Shown here in pieces: positions 25,341 to 33,785 of a DNA stretch of 64,000 nt (its first letter is position 1; each line of letters begins with the position of its first letter). Origin of the DNA: an uncultured bacterium. Its GTDB lineage: Bacteria; Omnitrophota; Omnitrophia; Omnitrophales; Aquincolibacteriaceae. Location: contig CAZDVO010000001.1 of assembly GCA_964508905.1 (NCBI GenBank), positions 3,977-67,976 of the forward strand, given 5' to 3'. The notes under the pieces are model-generated. The model was not told the DNA's origin and searched no databases. It saw only the letters and a list, made by a program, of their open reading frames with translations. The translations under genes were made by a program, and so were the position numbers.

Positions 25341-28150
25341 GTATCCCCCACGGTCACGTCGGCCTTAAGCGGCACGTTCAGGCGATAAGCGCCTTCCATT
25401 TCTTTTTTGACGAGCGCCTGAAGAGCCGGGATCTCGCCTTCCGGCGCGTCGAACACAAGCTCGTCGTGCACCTGCATGATCATCAGGCTCTCGCTCCGCT
25501 CTTCTTCAAGTCGCCGCTGGATCGCGATCATCGCGATCTTGATCAGGTCCGCCGCCGACCCCTGGATCGGGGCGTTGATCGCGGACCGTTCCGCGTACTG
25601 CCGCAGCTGCACGTTGGAAGCGTGGATATTCGGGAAATAAGAACGCCGTCCAAGGATCGTCGTCAAATACCCGTCCTGTTTCGCTTTTTCCTTCTGCGCG
25701 TCGAGGAACGTCTTCACGCCCGCGTACCGCGCGAAATAATTTTTAATGAACCGGTCCGCTTCCGGGATCGACATGTTCAGGTCCTGCGAAAGCCCGTAAC
25801 TCGTCTTGCCGTAGACGATACTGAAATTGATCGTCTTCGCGGCGTTCCGCATCTCGCGGGTCACTTCCTTTTCGCTCACGTCATAAAGCAAGGTCGCCGT
25901 AAACGTATGAATGTCCCGGTCTTCCGCGAACGCCTTCGTCAGGTTCGGGTCGCCCGAAAAATGCGCCAGGATCCTGAGCTCGATCTGCGAATAATCCGCC
26001 GAAAGGATCTTGCCCCAACCTCCATTTTCTTTTCCTAAAAGATTGCTGGGGCTAGCCCCTGCCTGTCCGGCAGGCAGGCCATTAACCTTTGATTCTTCTG
26101 ATGAAGAATGGGACTTCCCCCGTCCCCCGACCCTCGGCCGGGCCACAAAGGCCTTCCGCACCAGACGCCCCATCTCGGTCTTCACCGGGATATTTTGCAA
26201 ATTCGGGTCCGAACTCGAAAGCCGCCCCGTATCCGTGGTCGTCTGATTGAACGACGTATGCACGCAATGCGTTTCCGGGTTCACCATCTCCGGCAACGCG
26301 TCGAGATAGGTCGAACGCAACTTCGCGCGTTCCCGGTATTCCAGGATCTTCCGCGGCAATTCATGCGAGACGGCGAGCTTTTCCAGCACGCTCGCGTCGG
26401 TCGAATATCCGGTCTTGATCTTTTTCAGGGCCGGCAATTTTTTCTGGACGAACAACACATCCGCCAATTGTTTCGGCGAATCGAGATTGAACTCCGTCCC
26501 GGCGTCCGCGTGGATCTCCTTCACCAACGCGTCGATCTCCTTCCCCGCCTTCTCCGACAATTCTTTGAGGAACGGCAGGTCGAGCGCCACGCCATTTTGC
26601 TCGATCGTCGCGATCACACTCGAGAGCGGCAGTTCCACTTCTTCATAAAGTTTCGTCAGCCCGAGCTCTTTAAGCTTCGCGCGAAGCAACGGGACGAGAC
26701 GCATCACACAATCCGCGTCCTCGCAGGCATACGCCGTGATCGTCTCAAGCGGCACCTTGTCCATCGTGATGCTTTTCTTGCCGCTGCCGATCAGGCTTTC
26801 CGTCGTGATCTTCTGGACATTCAGGTATTCGAGCGAAAGATCATCCAGATTGTGATTCCGCTTCACCGGATCGGCCAGATAGCTCGCGAGCATCGTATCG
26901 AACGCGATCCCCGCCAACCGCACGCCGTGGCGCGCCATTACGATCGCGTCGTACTTGATATTCTGTCCGTATTTCGCGGTCCCGGCATCTTCCAGGACCG
27001 GCCGGACCGCCTTCAAGACCTCGTCGCAAGGCAACCCCGGCCCTTGATGCGCCGGGAGCGAGACCGGCACGTAATAAGCCGTCCAAGGTTCCCAACAAAA
27101 ACTCATCCCCACAAGCGCGGCCCGCATCGGATCGACCGAGGTCGTTTCCGTATCAAAACTGAACGCCTTCGCCTTACGCAATTCCGCGACCAGGGCTTTT
27201 AACTCACCATCATTCTGAACGGCCTTGTACTGCCGCTCCCGCGATTCCTTCTCCCGGACCGTCGTCACCGTGGCGCTTTTCATCAACCCGCGGAATTCAT
27301 ACCGCTTGAAGAATTCCAAAAGCGCTTCCCCGTCCGGCTCCGCCACCCGGATCTTCTCCCAATCGGCCTCAACGGGAACGTCCGTATCGATCGTCGCGAG
27401 CTTTTGGGACAGCTTCAGATCTTCCAGGTTCTCCCGGAGCTTTTGCCGCTGTTTCTCCGACGGCACTTCGTCCAGTCGCGCGATCAGGCTCTCGACCGAA
27501 CCGAACTCCAGCATCAGCTTGATCGCCGTTTTTTCGCCGATCCCCGGCACGCCCGGGATATTGTCCGAAGCGTCGCCCATCAGCGCGAGAATGTCCACGA
27601 CCTTCTCGGGCCCCAGCCCGCCAAAGCGTTCCTTTACCCCGTCGCTGTCATAGACCCGGTTCTCTTTGTGCGGCTGAAGGATCTTGATCTTTTCGTTCAC
27701 GAGCTGAAAAGCGTCCTTGTCCCCCGTGATAATGAAGACCCGGTGGCCTTCTTTTTCTCCGCGCCGGGCCAGCGTGCCGATCACATCGTCGGCTTCGTAC
27801 CCCGCTTTTTCAAAGATCGCGATATTCGAGATCCTGCAAAATTCCTTGATCGGCTCGATCTGGCTCACTAGCTCGTCCGGCATCGGTTTGCGATGCGCCT
27901 TGTAATCCTTGTACTGCTCGTGCCGGAACGTCGGTTCCTTGCGGTCAAAACACACCGCCAGATATTCCGGCTTCTGCTCTTCCAGGATCTTCCGCAGCAT
28001 CACCACGAACCCGTAGATCGCGTTCGTCGGCTCTCCCCGGGAATTGGTCAGATTCGGGATCGCGTAAAAAGCGCGGTAACAGAGCGAATGCCCGTCGATA
28101 AGGAACAGTTTTTCCCCTGGTGGGTTTTCACTCGGGGTCTTTTTTGTCAT
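25325..28150 (-). CDS. polA: DNA polymerase I, carrying an in-frame low-complexity insert next to motif A
   Basis: 5'-3' exonuclease, 3'-5' exonuclease and polymerase domains (...DYSQIELRILAHF...; ...QVHDELVFD...). An insert of about 40 aa (RVGGRGKSHSSSEESKVNGLPAGQAGASPSNLLGKENGGWG) sits immediately before DYSQIELR. Confidence 0.9.
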   Translation of the reverse strand: MTKKTPSENPPGEKLFLIDGHSLCYRAFYAIPNLTNSRGEPTNAIYGFVVMLRKILEEQKPEYLAVCFDRKEPTFRHEQYKDYKAHRKPMPDELVSQIEPIKEFCRISNIAIFEKAGYEADDVIGTLARRGEKEGHRVFIITGDKDAFQLVNEKIKILQPHKENRVYDSDGVKERFGGLGPEKVVDILALMGDASDNIPGVPGIGEKTAIKLMLEFGSVESLIARLDEVPSEKQRQKLRENLEDLKLSQKLATIDTDVPVEADWEKIRVAEPDGEALLEFFKRYEFRGLMKSATVTTVREKESRERQYKAVQNDGELKALVAELRKAKAFSFDTETTSVDPMRAALVGMSFCWEPWTAYYVPVSLPAHQGPGLPCDEVLKAVRPVLEDAGTAKYGQNIKYDAIVMARHGVRLAGIAFDTMLASYLADPVKRNHNLDDLSLEYLNVQKITTESLIGSGKKSITMDKVPLETITAYACEDADCVMRLVPLLRAKLKELGLTKLYEEVELPLSSVIATIEQNGVALDLPFLKELSEKAGKEIDALVKEIHADAGTEFNLDSPKQLADVLFVQKKLPALKKIKTGYSTDASVLEKLAVSHELPRKILEYRERAKLRSTYLDALPEMVNPETHCVHTSFNQTTTDTGRLSSSDPNLQNIPVKTEMGRLVRKAFVARPRVGGRGKSHSSSEESKVNGLPAGQAGASPSNLLGKENGGWGKILSADYSQIELRILAHFSGDPNLTKAFAEDRDIHTFTATLLYDVSEKEVTREMRNAAKTINFSIVYGKTSYGLSQDLNMSIPEADRFIKNYFARYAGVKTFLDAQKEKAKQDGYLTTILGRRSYFPNIHASNVQLRQYAERSAINAPIQGSAADLIKIAMIAIQRRLEEERSESLMIMQVHDELVFDAPEGEIPALQALVKKEMEGAYRLNVPLKADVTVGDTWYKD
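26022..26137. repeat. In-frame insert inside polA built from chained palindromes
   Basis: GGGGCTAGCCCC, then CCTGCCTGTCCGGCAGGCAGG, then GATTCTTCTGATGAAGAATG, are three adjacent perfect or near-perfect palindromes. Together they encode the non-conserved insert in the PolA palm domain. A related palindrome, CCTGCCGACAGGCAGG, occurs intergenically at 28439-28454. Confidence 0.5.
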
Positions 28151-28478
28151 TTTGGATTTCTATCGGGACCGGATCGTTGGTTTTCGTTCGATTTTATGAA
28201 AAATGCACGGAAAGAGTAGAAAGAGGCGACCTAAGAACTGGGATTAAGCTGGAATTTTATCTCTTTTGCGTGGAATTTCGACCGGTCCCGAACCCCGAGA
28301 ACCGCTTTCCGCCTCCGTTCTTCCCGTTTTTCAGAGGAGAAATGGCGCGAAAGCGGGCATAGGATACCCAAGCCCCTGTACCCGGTCAAGTTTTATTTGA
28401 GAGGGCGTGAGTTTTTCCACCCCTCTCACCCTGAGCCTGCCGACAGGCAGGTCGACGGGTCCCTCTGTTTTCCTTCCC

Positions 28479-29564
28479 CTATTTTTTCCCTTTTCCGATG
28501 CCCGGCTGGATTTTGGAAAGCTGAATCGCCAGTTCCCGGGAATCCGCGGCCACTTCGAGCGCCGCTTCATAGCTGATCACGCCGTGGGTATAGAGCTCTT
28601 TGAGGTGGTCATCCAGTGTGATCATGCCATAACGGGTCCCGGTCTGAAGCTCCGAGAGGATCTGATAGGTCTTCCCCTCCCGGATCAGATTGCGGATGGC
28701 CGGCGTCGCGAACATGATCTCGAACGCGGCCACGCGGCCCTTGCCGTCAAGGCGGGGCACCAGCACCTGAGAGATGACCGCGACGAGCGTGGCGGAAAGC
28801 TGAACGCGCACTTGCGGCTGTTGATGCGAGGGAAAAACGTCGATGATGCGGTCCACCGTGCGGGCGGCCCCGGTCGTGTGAAGCGTGGAGAAGACCAAGT
28901 GGCCTGTTTCGGCCGCGCGGATCGCGGATTCCATCGTTGAAAGATCGCGCATCTCCCCGATCAGGATCACGTCGGGGTCCTGGCGCAGGGACTTCACGAT
29001 CGCCTCGGAAAAGCTCGGGACATCCTCGCCCACTTCGCGCTGGGTCATCACGGATTTCTTGTGCTTATGAACGAACTCCACCGGGTCTTCCGCCGTAATG
29101 ATATGCCGGGGGAAATTTTCATTAATGTAATTGAGCATCGTCGCGAGCGTCGTGGTTTTACCGGACCCGGTCGGCCCCGTCACGAGCACCAGCCCCCGCG
29201 GAAGATTCAGCGTTTCGATCATCTGCGGAGGAAGGCCGATATCGTCAAAATTATAGAACTTGGAAGGGAGGAGACGCAGGACCAGCGCGTAATGCCCCTG
29301 CTGTTTGTAGCAGGAGACGCGGAACCGTGCCTTATCCTCGAAGGAGAAACCGAAATCGATCCCGCCGACCTCTTCCACTTTCTTGCGCTGGACCTCGGTG
29401 GTGATCTCCTTGGCGAGGGCCTCAACCTCTTGGTGCGTCAGCGGCTTTTCCCCGATCGAGACCATATCTCCGACCAGGCGATACGTCACGGGCCGGCCCA
29501 CAGTGAGATGGATATCGGAAGCTTCTTTTTCGATCGCGCCAAGCAGGATCTCTTCAATGGCCAT
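28479..29564 (-). CDS. pilT: Type IV pilus retraction ATPase PilT
   Basis: ...LVLVTGPTGSGKTTTLATMLNYIN...ITAEDPVEF...ILIGEMRDLSTMESAIRAAETGHLVFSTLHT... (a PilT/PilU-family hexameric ATPase). Confidence 0.85.
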   Translation of the reverse strand: MAIEEILLGAIEKEASDIHLTVGRPVTYRLVGDMVSIGEKPLTHQEVEALAKEITTEVQRKKVEEVGGIDFGFSFEDKARFRVSCYKQQGHYALVLRLLPSKFYNFDDIGLPPQMIETLNLPRGLVLVTGPTGSGKTTTLATMLNYINENFPRHIITAEDPVEFVHKHKKSVMTQREVGEDVPSFSEAIVKSLRQDPDVILIGEMRDLSTMESAIRAAETGHLVFSTLHTTGAARTVDRIIDVFPSHQQPQVRVQLSATLVAVISQVLVPRLDGKGRVAAFEIMFATPAIRNLIREGKTYQILSELQTGTRYGMITLDDHLKELYTHGVISYEAALEVAADSRELAIQLSKIQPGIGKGKK

Positions 29565-29693
29565 AGGAACGCTCCTTTACCCCGCAAGAGACAGGAGGCG
29601 TTATCTCAACGCTTCCGTATTTTCCGGGGTGAAAAATAAATTCACGACAGGCAGATCTTCTTCCCGTTATTTTCGACTCTCCGGATAAAAACC

Positions 29694-30200
29694 TTAGGAA
29701 AGCATCCCACACGCCGCCCCAAAGACCAGCGCCAGCAAGGCCGCGAGCAGACAGAGTACCGGCCAGCCTTTCACCTGGGCCGGGACCCCGGAGAAAAGCA
29801 GCCGGTACCGGAGCCCCAGAAGGCCGGTCTGAAAAGCCGCGATCCCGAAAACCACCGTCCCGAGCCAGGAACATCCGGCCAGAAGGCCCGGCGCCAGGGA
29901 CCGGCCGAGGAATGCCAGCACAAACGCGGTCAGAAAGAACGCGTCCGTTTTCTTTTGATAGCGCGCCAGGAGGAACGCCGCCACCCCGGAAATCAGCACC
30001 GCGTAATCCCGCGCCACCCATGCCGCCTCCTGTGTGGCGGCAAGCAACGCCTCGAGCGTCACGACGAGCGCGGCCGTCACAAAAAGGTCCGCGGCCTCAC
30101 GCCAGATCCGGATCAATCCTTCCACGGGACGCTGCAACGAAAGGGCCCGTGTCCCGCGTAACGCCAAAAGAAAGCCGAAAGAAAGGATCACGAGAAGCAT
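29694..30200 (-). CDS. Hypothetical polytopic membrane protein
   Basis: Four or five predicted TM helices. The start ATG at 30198-30200 overlaps the stop of the upstream gene (ATGA coupling). Several GC-rich ORFs overlap this region on both strands, so the call is tentative. Confidence 0.4.
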   Translation of the reverse strand: MLLVILSFGFLLALRGTRALSLQRPVEGLIRIWREAADLFVTAALVVTLEALLAATQEAAWVARDYAVLISGVAAFLLARYQKKTDAFFLTAFVLAFLGRSLAPGLLAGCSWLGTVVFGIAAFQTGLLGLRYRLLFSGVPAQVKGWPVLCLLAALLALVFGAACGMLS

Positions 30201-30727
30201 CAGGAGCGCCTCCCGTAGGGTTGATTCTTCCATAAAAATGCGATCAGGGTGATCGCGAGAAAGATCCCCGCCGGAATCCCCCAAGGATCGACCCCGAACC
30301 GGACGCTCGCGAGGTCCCGCGCCACCGTCATCACCATCACGAACGCGACAAAACCCAGTCCCGCCGCGACCCTTTCAAAAAAATACCGGGGCACCCGCCG
30401 CGAAAAAATACGAACGTGGTCCGGTTTCGTGCGATCCTCCAGAAAGGACACCGGCATCAGAAAGAAAACGCTCACCAGCCAGAGCGGCGCCAGTTGCGTG
30501 AGCGTCCACACCGCTTGCCCCCAGACGATCAGCCAAAGAAAGAACGCGGGCCGCAGCGTCCGCCCCGGAAAGCAGGGCCGGGTCATCCAGAAAAAGGTCA
30601 CGGTGATCCAGAGGAACGCGACCACCCAGGACGCGGCCACGCCCATCCTGAAAAGATCATACGGGTAGCTTAAAAACGGCAGATATGCCAAAAGCAACCG
30701 CGAGAAGAACCGTTCCGGTAATTTCAT
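30200..30727 (-). CDS. Hypothetical polytopic membrane protein
   Basis: Four or five predicted TM helices; translationally coupled to the next membrane-protein gene. Confidence 0.4.
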   Translation of the reverse strand: MKLPERFFSRLLLAYLPFLSYPYDLFRMGVAASWVVAFLWITVTFFWMTRPCFPGRTLRPAFFLWLIVWGQAVWTLTQLAPLWLVSVFFLMPVSFLEDRTKPDHVRIFSRRVPRYFFERVAAGLGFVAFVMVMTVARDLASVRFGVDPWGIPAGIFLAITLIAFLWKNQPYGRRS

Positions 30728-30841
30728 CGTCCGAGAGCCCTCACGACCTCAACCCCTGTGCCGCCATCAGGATCGCGACCAGCAACCCCAAAAAGAGGCA
30801 TAAAAAAAGATACTTCCCTACAAGCTTGACCATTCTTTGCT

Positions 30842-31774
30842 TCATCGCGAACCAGCCCTTCCCGCGCAAGCGTGTTTGGGGGATCTCAACCCGAGATCGA
30901 TCCACGGCACCACAAGATCCATCAGAAGGATCGCGACTGCCGCCGCCGCGATCGAGAAACCGTTCCGACTGATCCCGCAGCTTAAAAGGGCCGCGCCCAA
31001 GACGAAGAGGCTCGTCCCCCGCCGCGTCACCGGCATCGGAACGGGATCCGCCAAAAGGAAGAAAGCGGTGAACAGAACGCCGCTTAAAAAAACGTTCGAG
31101 ACTTCCCGTCCGGCCCCCGCCATTTCGCAGAAAAAACAGACCGCGATAAAAAGGAACGGGACTTCCCAATAACCCTGCTTTTGTTTCAAAAGGATCAGCC
31201 CCCCCAGCGCCACCGCCCCGAGCGTCCAGGGATCCCCGGCGCCGGAAAAAAGGCCCGGCGCGCCGATCTCCTTGGGGAAAAAAGTCTGCAACGCCACCCG
31301 AGCCAAAAGAACGGGATGGAGTGAATAGGCGCCGGTCCCGCCCCAAAAGATCTTCCCGGCGATCACTCCCAAGAACATCCCCAGGATCACGAGCTCCGAG
31401 GGACAGCGCGCGGGGATCAATAGCGCGAAAAGGACCGCGTTCAGGACCACCTCGCCATTGCGGAGATTCTCCCGTGTTTTAAAAAACTTGGCGCCAAGGT
31501 ACTCGAAAGCCACCGCGCTCACAAGCGACAGGAGCAACACCCGCAGGATCTGGGCGTGGCCCGTCACACATCCGGCGATCACCAGCGGCGCCAGCGCTAC
31601 GACCTGGCCCCAACAACGCCGGGCATAAGAATCCTTCGAACGGATATACGGCGGTAAACCCTTCGCCTCAATCACAGGCCACCCCCTTCCGCGCCAAACA
31701 GAGAAGTTCGGCCATCGGCCGTTTGGAGGGACACACATAAGAACAATTGCCGCATTCAATGCAATCCAAAGCAT
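30842..31774 (-). CDS. RnfD/NqrB-like membrane subunit (start uncertain)
   Basis: ...NGEVVLNAVLFALLIPARCPSELVILGMFLGVIAGKIFWGGTGAYSLHPVLLARVAL... resembles the conserved core of RnfD. The ORF-track start overlaps rnfC by 107 bp, so the true start is probably a downstream GTG or TTG. Confidence 0.45.
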   Translation of the reverse strand: MLWIALNAAIVLMCVPPNGRWPNFSVWRGRGWPVIEAKGLPPYIRSKDSYARRCWGQVVALAPLVIAGCVTGHAQILRVLLLSLVSAVAFEYLGAKFFKTRENLRNGEVVLNAVLFALLIPARCPSELVILGMFLGVIAGKIFWGGTGAYSLHPVLLARVALQTFFPKEIGAPGLFSGAGDPWTLGAVALGGLILLKQKQGYWEVPFLFIAVCFFCEMAGAGREVSNVFLSGVLFTAFFLLADPVPMPVTRRGTSLFVLGAALLSCGISRNGFSIAAAAVAILLMDLVVPWIDLGLRSPKHACAGRAGSR

Positions 31775-32930
31775 GCCACTCCCGCGCGATCGCGAATTCT
31801 TTTCGTTCTGCCGCCAACGTGATCGTCACGGGCGAAAGAGCGACGGGACAATGGTCCACACAACGATTGCAGCGGATGCACGGCTCGGAAACCCCGGCCC
31901 ACACGACTTCCGGCGGAAGCGCCAGCACCGCGCTCGATCCCGGCGTCAGCGATCCGTCCAGCGCCTCCTGGGCCCGGCCCTTCATCGGCCCGCCCAACAG
32001 CACCGCCTTGGGTTCGCGCATCGTTCCCTTGCAGGTGCGGATCGCGTCCTGTAGCGAAAGCCCCTGCAAAAGCCAAAGGCTTCGCGGCTCAACGGTGCAT
32101 TCACCGCCCACGGTCACGACCCTCTCGTAAAAAGGTTTCTGAAGCGCGACGGCCTCATAAGCGGCAAACGCGGTCGAGGCCGGAAAGACCACGGCTTCCC
32201 GGGATCCACCGGGGAACCACGCGCGCAATAATGTGGCTTCCAGCCCCTGAGGATAGACCGGGGGCACGGTGCGCACCTCCACGTGGTCCCATTTCAAAAA
32301 ATAGATCTTACTTTTGATAAGCTCGATCATTTCGAGATTGGACGATTCCGCCGCAAAAAGGATCTTCTCGGCCCCGCAGGCCTTCCGGAGCAATTCGGCG
32401 CCCCGGAGGATCTCGACGGCATGGGACATCGTCAGCACTTGTTCGCAGGTAATATAGGGCTCGGGCTCGCAGGCGTTCACGAGGACCGTTCGCGCGCCGG
32501 CGCACCGGGCAAGCCGGGCCGTGACGGGTTCTTCGCTCGGATCGGTCAGGACCAGCCCCGCGTTCCGAAAGATCGCGGGCAAGTCTTTGGAAGGAAGCTC
32601 TTCCCACCCTTTTCGCGGCTCAAAGGCCGGCAACGCTTTCGGTTCGCCGTGCCGGCGGATCTCGACCGTCACCGGGCCGCTGCCGGAGTCCTCGATCTTT
32701 TCCACCGTCCCGGCAAGGCCGGCGTGAACGCTCGCGCCTTCCGCGCCCACCGGGTCCGCGATCTTTTGCCCCACCTCGATCTTGTCCCCGGGACACACGC
32801 AACTCACGGCGCAGAGAGGGATCCTCACACGGATCTTTTCAGGAGGGTAAGGACGCTTGAGATTCCAGTTAAGGAGGCTCGCGTCTTTTTTTCTTTCGAG
32901 CTGAACGCCGGCAAATCGGGACTTGGACAA
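31668..32930 (-). CDS. rnfC: RnfC-like electron-transport complex subunit (two 4Fe-4S ferredoxin motifs)
   Basis: The N-terminus ...IPLCAVSCVCPGDKIEVGQKIADPVGAEGASVHAGLAGTV... and the tandem motifs CIRCNRCVDHCP and CIECGNCSYVCP are as in RnfC. The start here is a TTG at 32928-32930 preceded by AAGGAA; the ORF-track start at 33041 would overlap bioD by 94 bp. Confidence 0.55.
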   Translation of the reverse strand: MSKSRFAGVQLERKKDASLLNWNLKRPYPPEKIRVRIPLCAVSCVCPGDKIEVGQKIADPVGAEGASVHAGLAGTVEKIEDSGSGPVTVEIRRHGEPKALPAFEPRKGWEELPSKDLPAIFRNAGLVLTDPSEEPVTARLARCAGARTVLVNACEPEPYITCEQVLTMSHAVEILRGAELLRKACGAEKILFAAESSNLEMIELIKSKIYFLKWDHVEVRTVPPVYPQGLEATLLRAWFPGGSREAVVFPASTAFAAYEAVALQKPFYERVVTVGGECTVEPRSLWLLQGLSLQDAIRTCKGTMREPKAVLLGGPMKGRAQEALDGSLTPGSSAVLALPPEVVWAGVSEPCIRCNRCVDHCPVALSPVTITLAAERKEFAIAREWHALDCIECGNCSYVCPSKRPMAELLCLARKGVACD

Positions 32931-32947
32931 AGGCGTTTCCTTTCGGG

Positions 32948-33685
32948 CTATCGTTTCACCGCGGAAGCGGAAAAGCTCCCCAGGATCTTGTCGACCTGGA
33001 TGCGTTCCCGGAAAAGCTCCTTCAATTTTCCGAACTGGCAATTATCGATATGAAGCCCTTCCACGTCCGGCAGGCTTCCGAGAATAGGCACTCCCGAGAG
33101 GTCGTGGATCACCTTGGGATTCGTGAGCTCGGAAAGAGAGTAATTGGTGACCGCGACCCGGTTAAAGATAATGCCGCGCACCTCAAGCCCCCGGATCATC
33201 GCCGCATCCACCGTCAAGAGCGTGTGGTTGATCGCGCCGAGGCCCGCGTAGGAAACGATCACGAGCGGCAGCCCCATATCACGGATGAGATTCGCGACGT
33301 AATAATCTTTTTTAAGAGGGACCATCAGCCCGCCGATCCCTTCGACGATCATGAAATCATAATGTTTCTGGAGCTGGCGATAACTCTTGAGGATGCCCTG
33401 GACATCGACTTCCTTTTTTTCAAGCATCGCCGCCACGTTCGGCGAAAGCGGGTTGCGAAAACGTGAGGGGCTTGAGAGGGGCGGGTATTCGTTCTCGGCG
33501 GCTTCCAGGAGAAAAGCCGCGTCCGTGGAGATCAGCCGTTCCTCGGTCCCGTGACAGCCGGTCGCGACGGGTTTCATGACCCCGACCTTCATCCCCCGTT
33601 CTCGGAGCACCAGCGCGAGGCCGGCGGAGATCACCGTTTTCCCGACATCCGTATCCGTCCCCGTAATAAAGATCCCGGCTTTCAT
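32948..33685 (-). CDS. bioD: Dethiobiotin synthetase
   Basis: MKAGIFITGTDTDVGKTVISAGLAL (P-loop) ...EGIGGLMVPL... The start is taken at the internal ATG (MKAGIF). Confidence 0.8.
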   Translation of the reverse strand: MKAGIFITGTDTDVGKTVISAGLALVLRERGMKVGVMKPVATGCHGTEERLISTDAAFLLEAAENEYPPLSSPSRFRNPLSPNVAAMLEKKEVDVQGILKSYRQLQKHYDFMIVEGIGGLMVPLKKDYYVANLIRDMGLPLVIVSYAGLGAINHTLLTVDAAMIRGLEVRGIIFNRVAVTNYSLSELTNPKVIHDLSGVPILGSLPDVEGLHIDNCQFGKLKELFRERIQVDKILGSFSASAVKR

Positions 33686-33785
33686 GGCTTCCTCTGGAGG
33701 CAGAATGAAAGATGGAGAATAGGGAATGGAGAAAAACAGGCTGCGCCATCCGCCATCCTCCATCCGCTGCCCATAACTTCCGTTT

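Noticed and set aside
29578-29640. A possible degenerate fourth copy of the CCCCGTTAGAGA element (CCCCGCAAGAGACAG ... TATCTCAACG) between pilT and the membrane-protein genes
   Set aside because: The left arm has two mismatches, and the putative right arm lacks the GGGG and pairs poorly. It is too weak to call.
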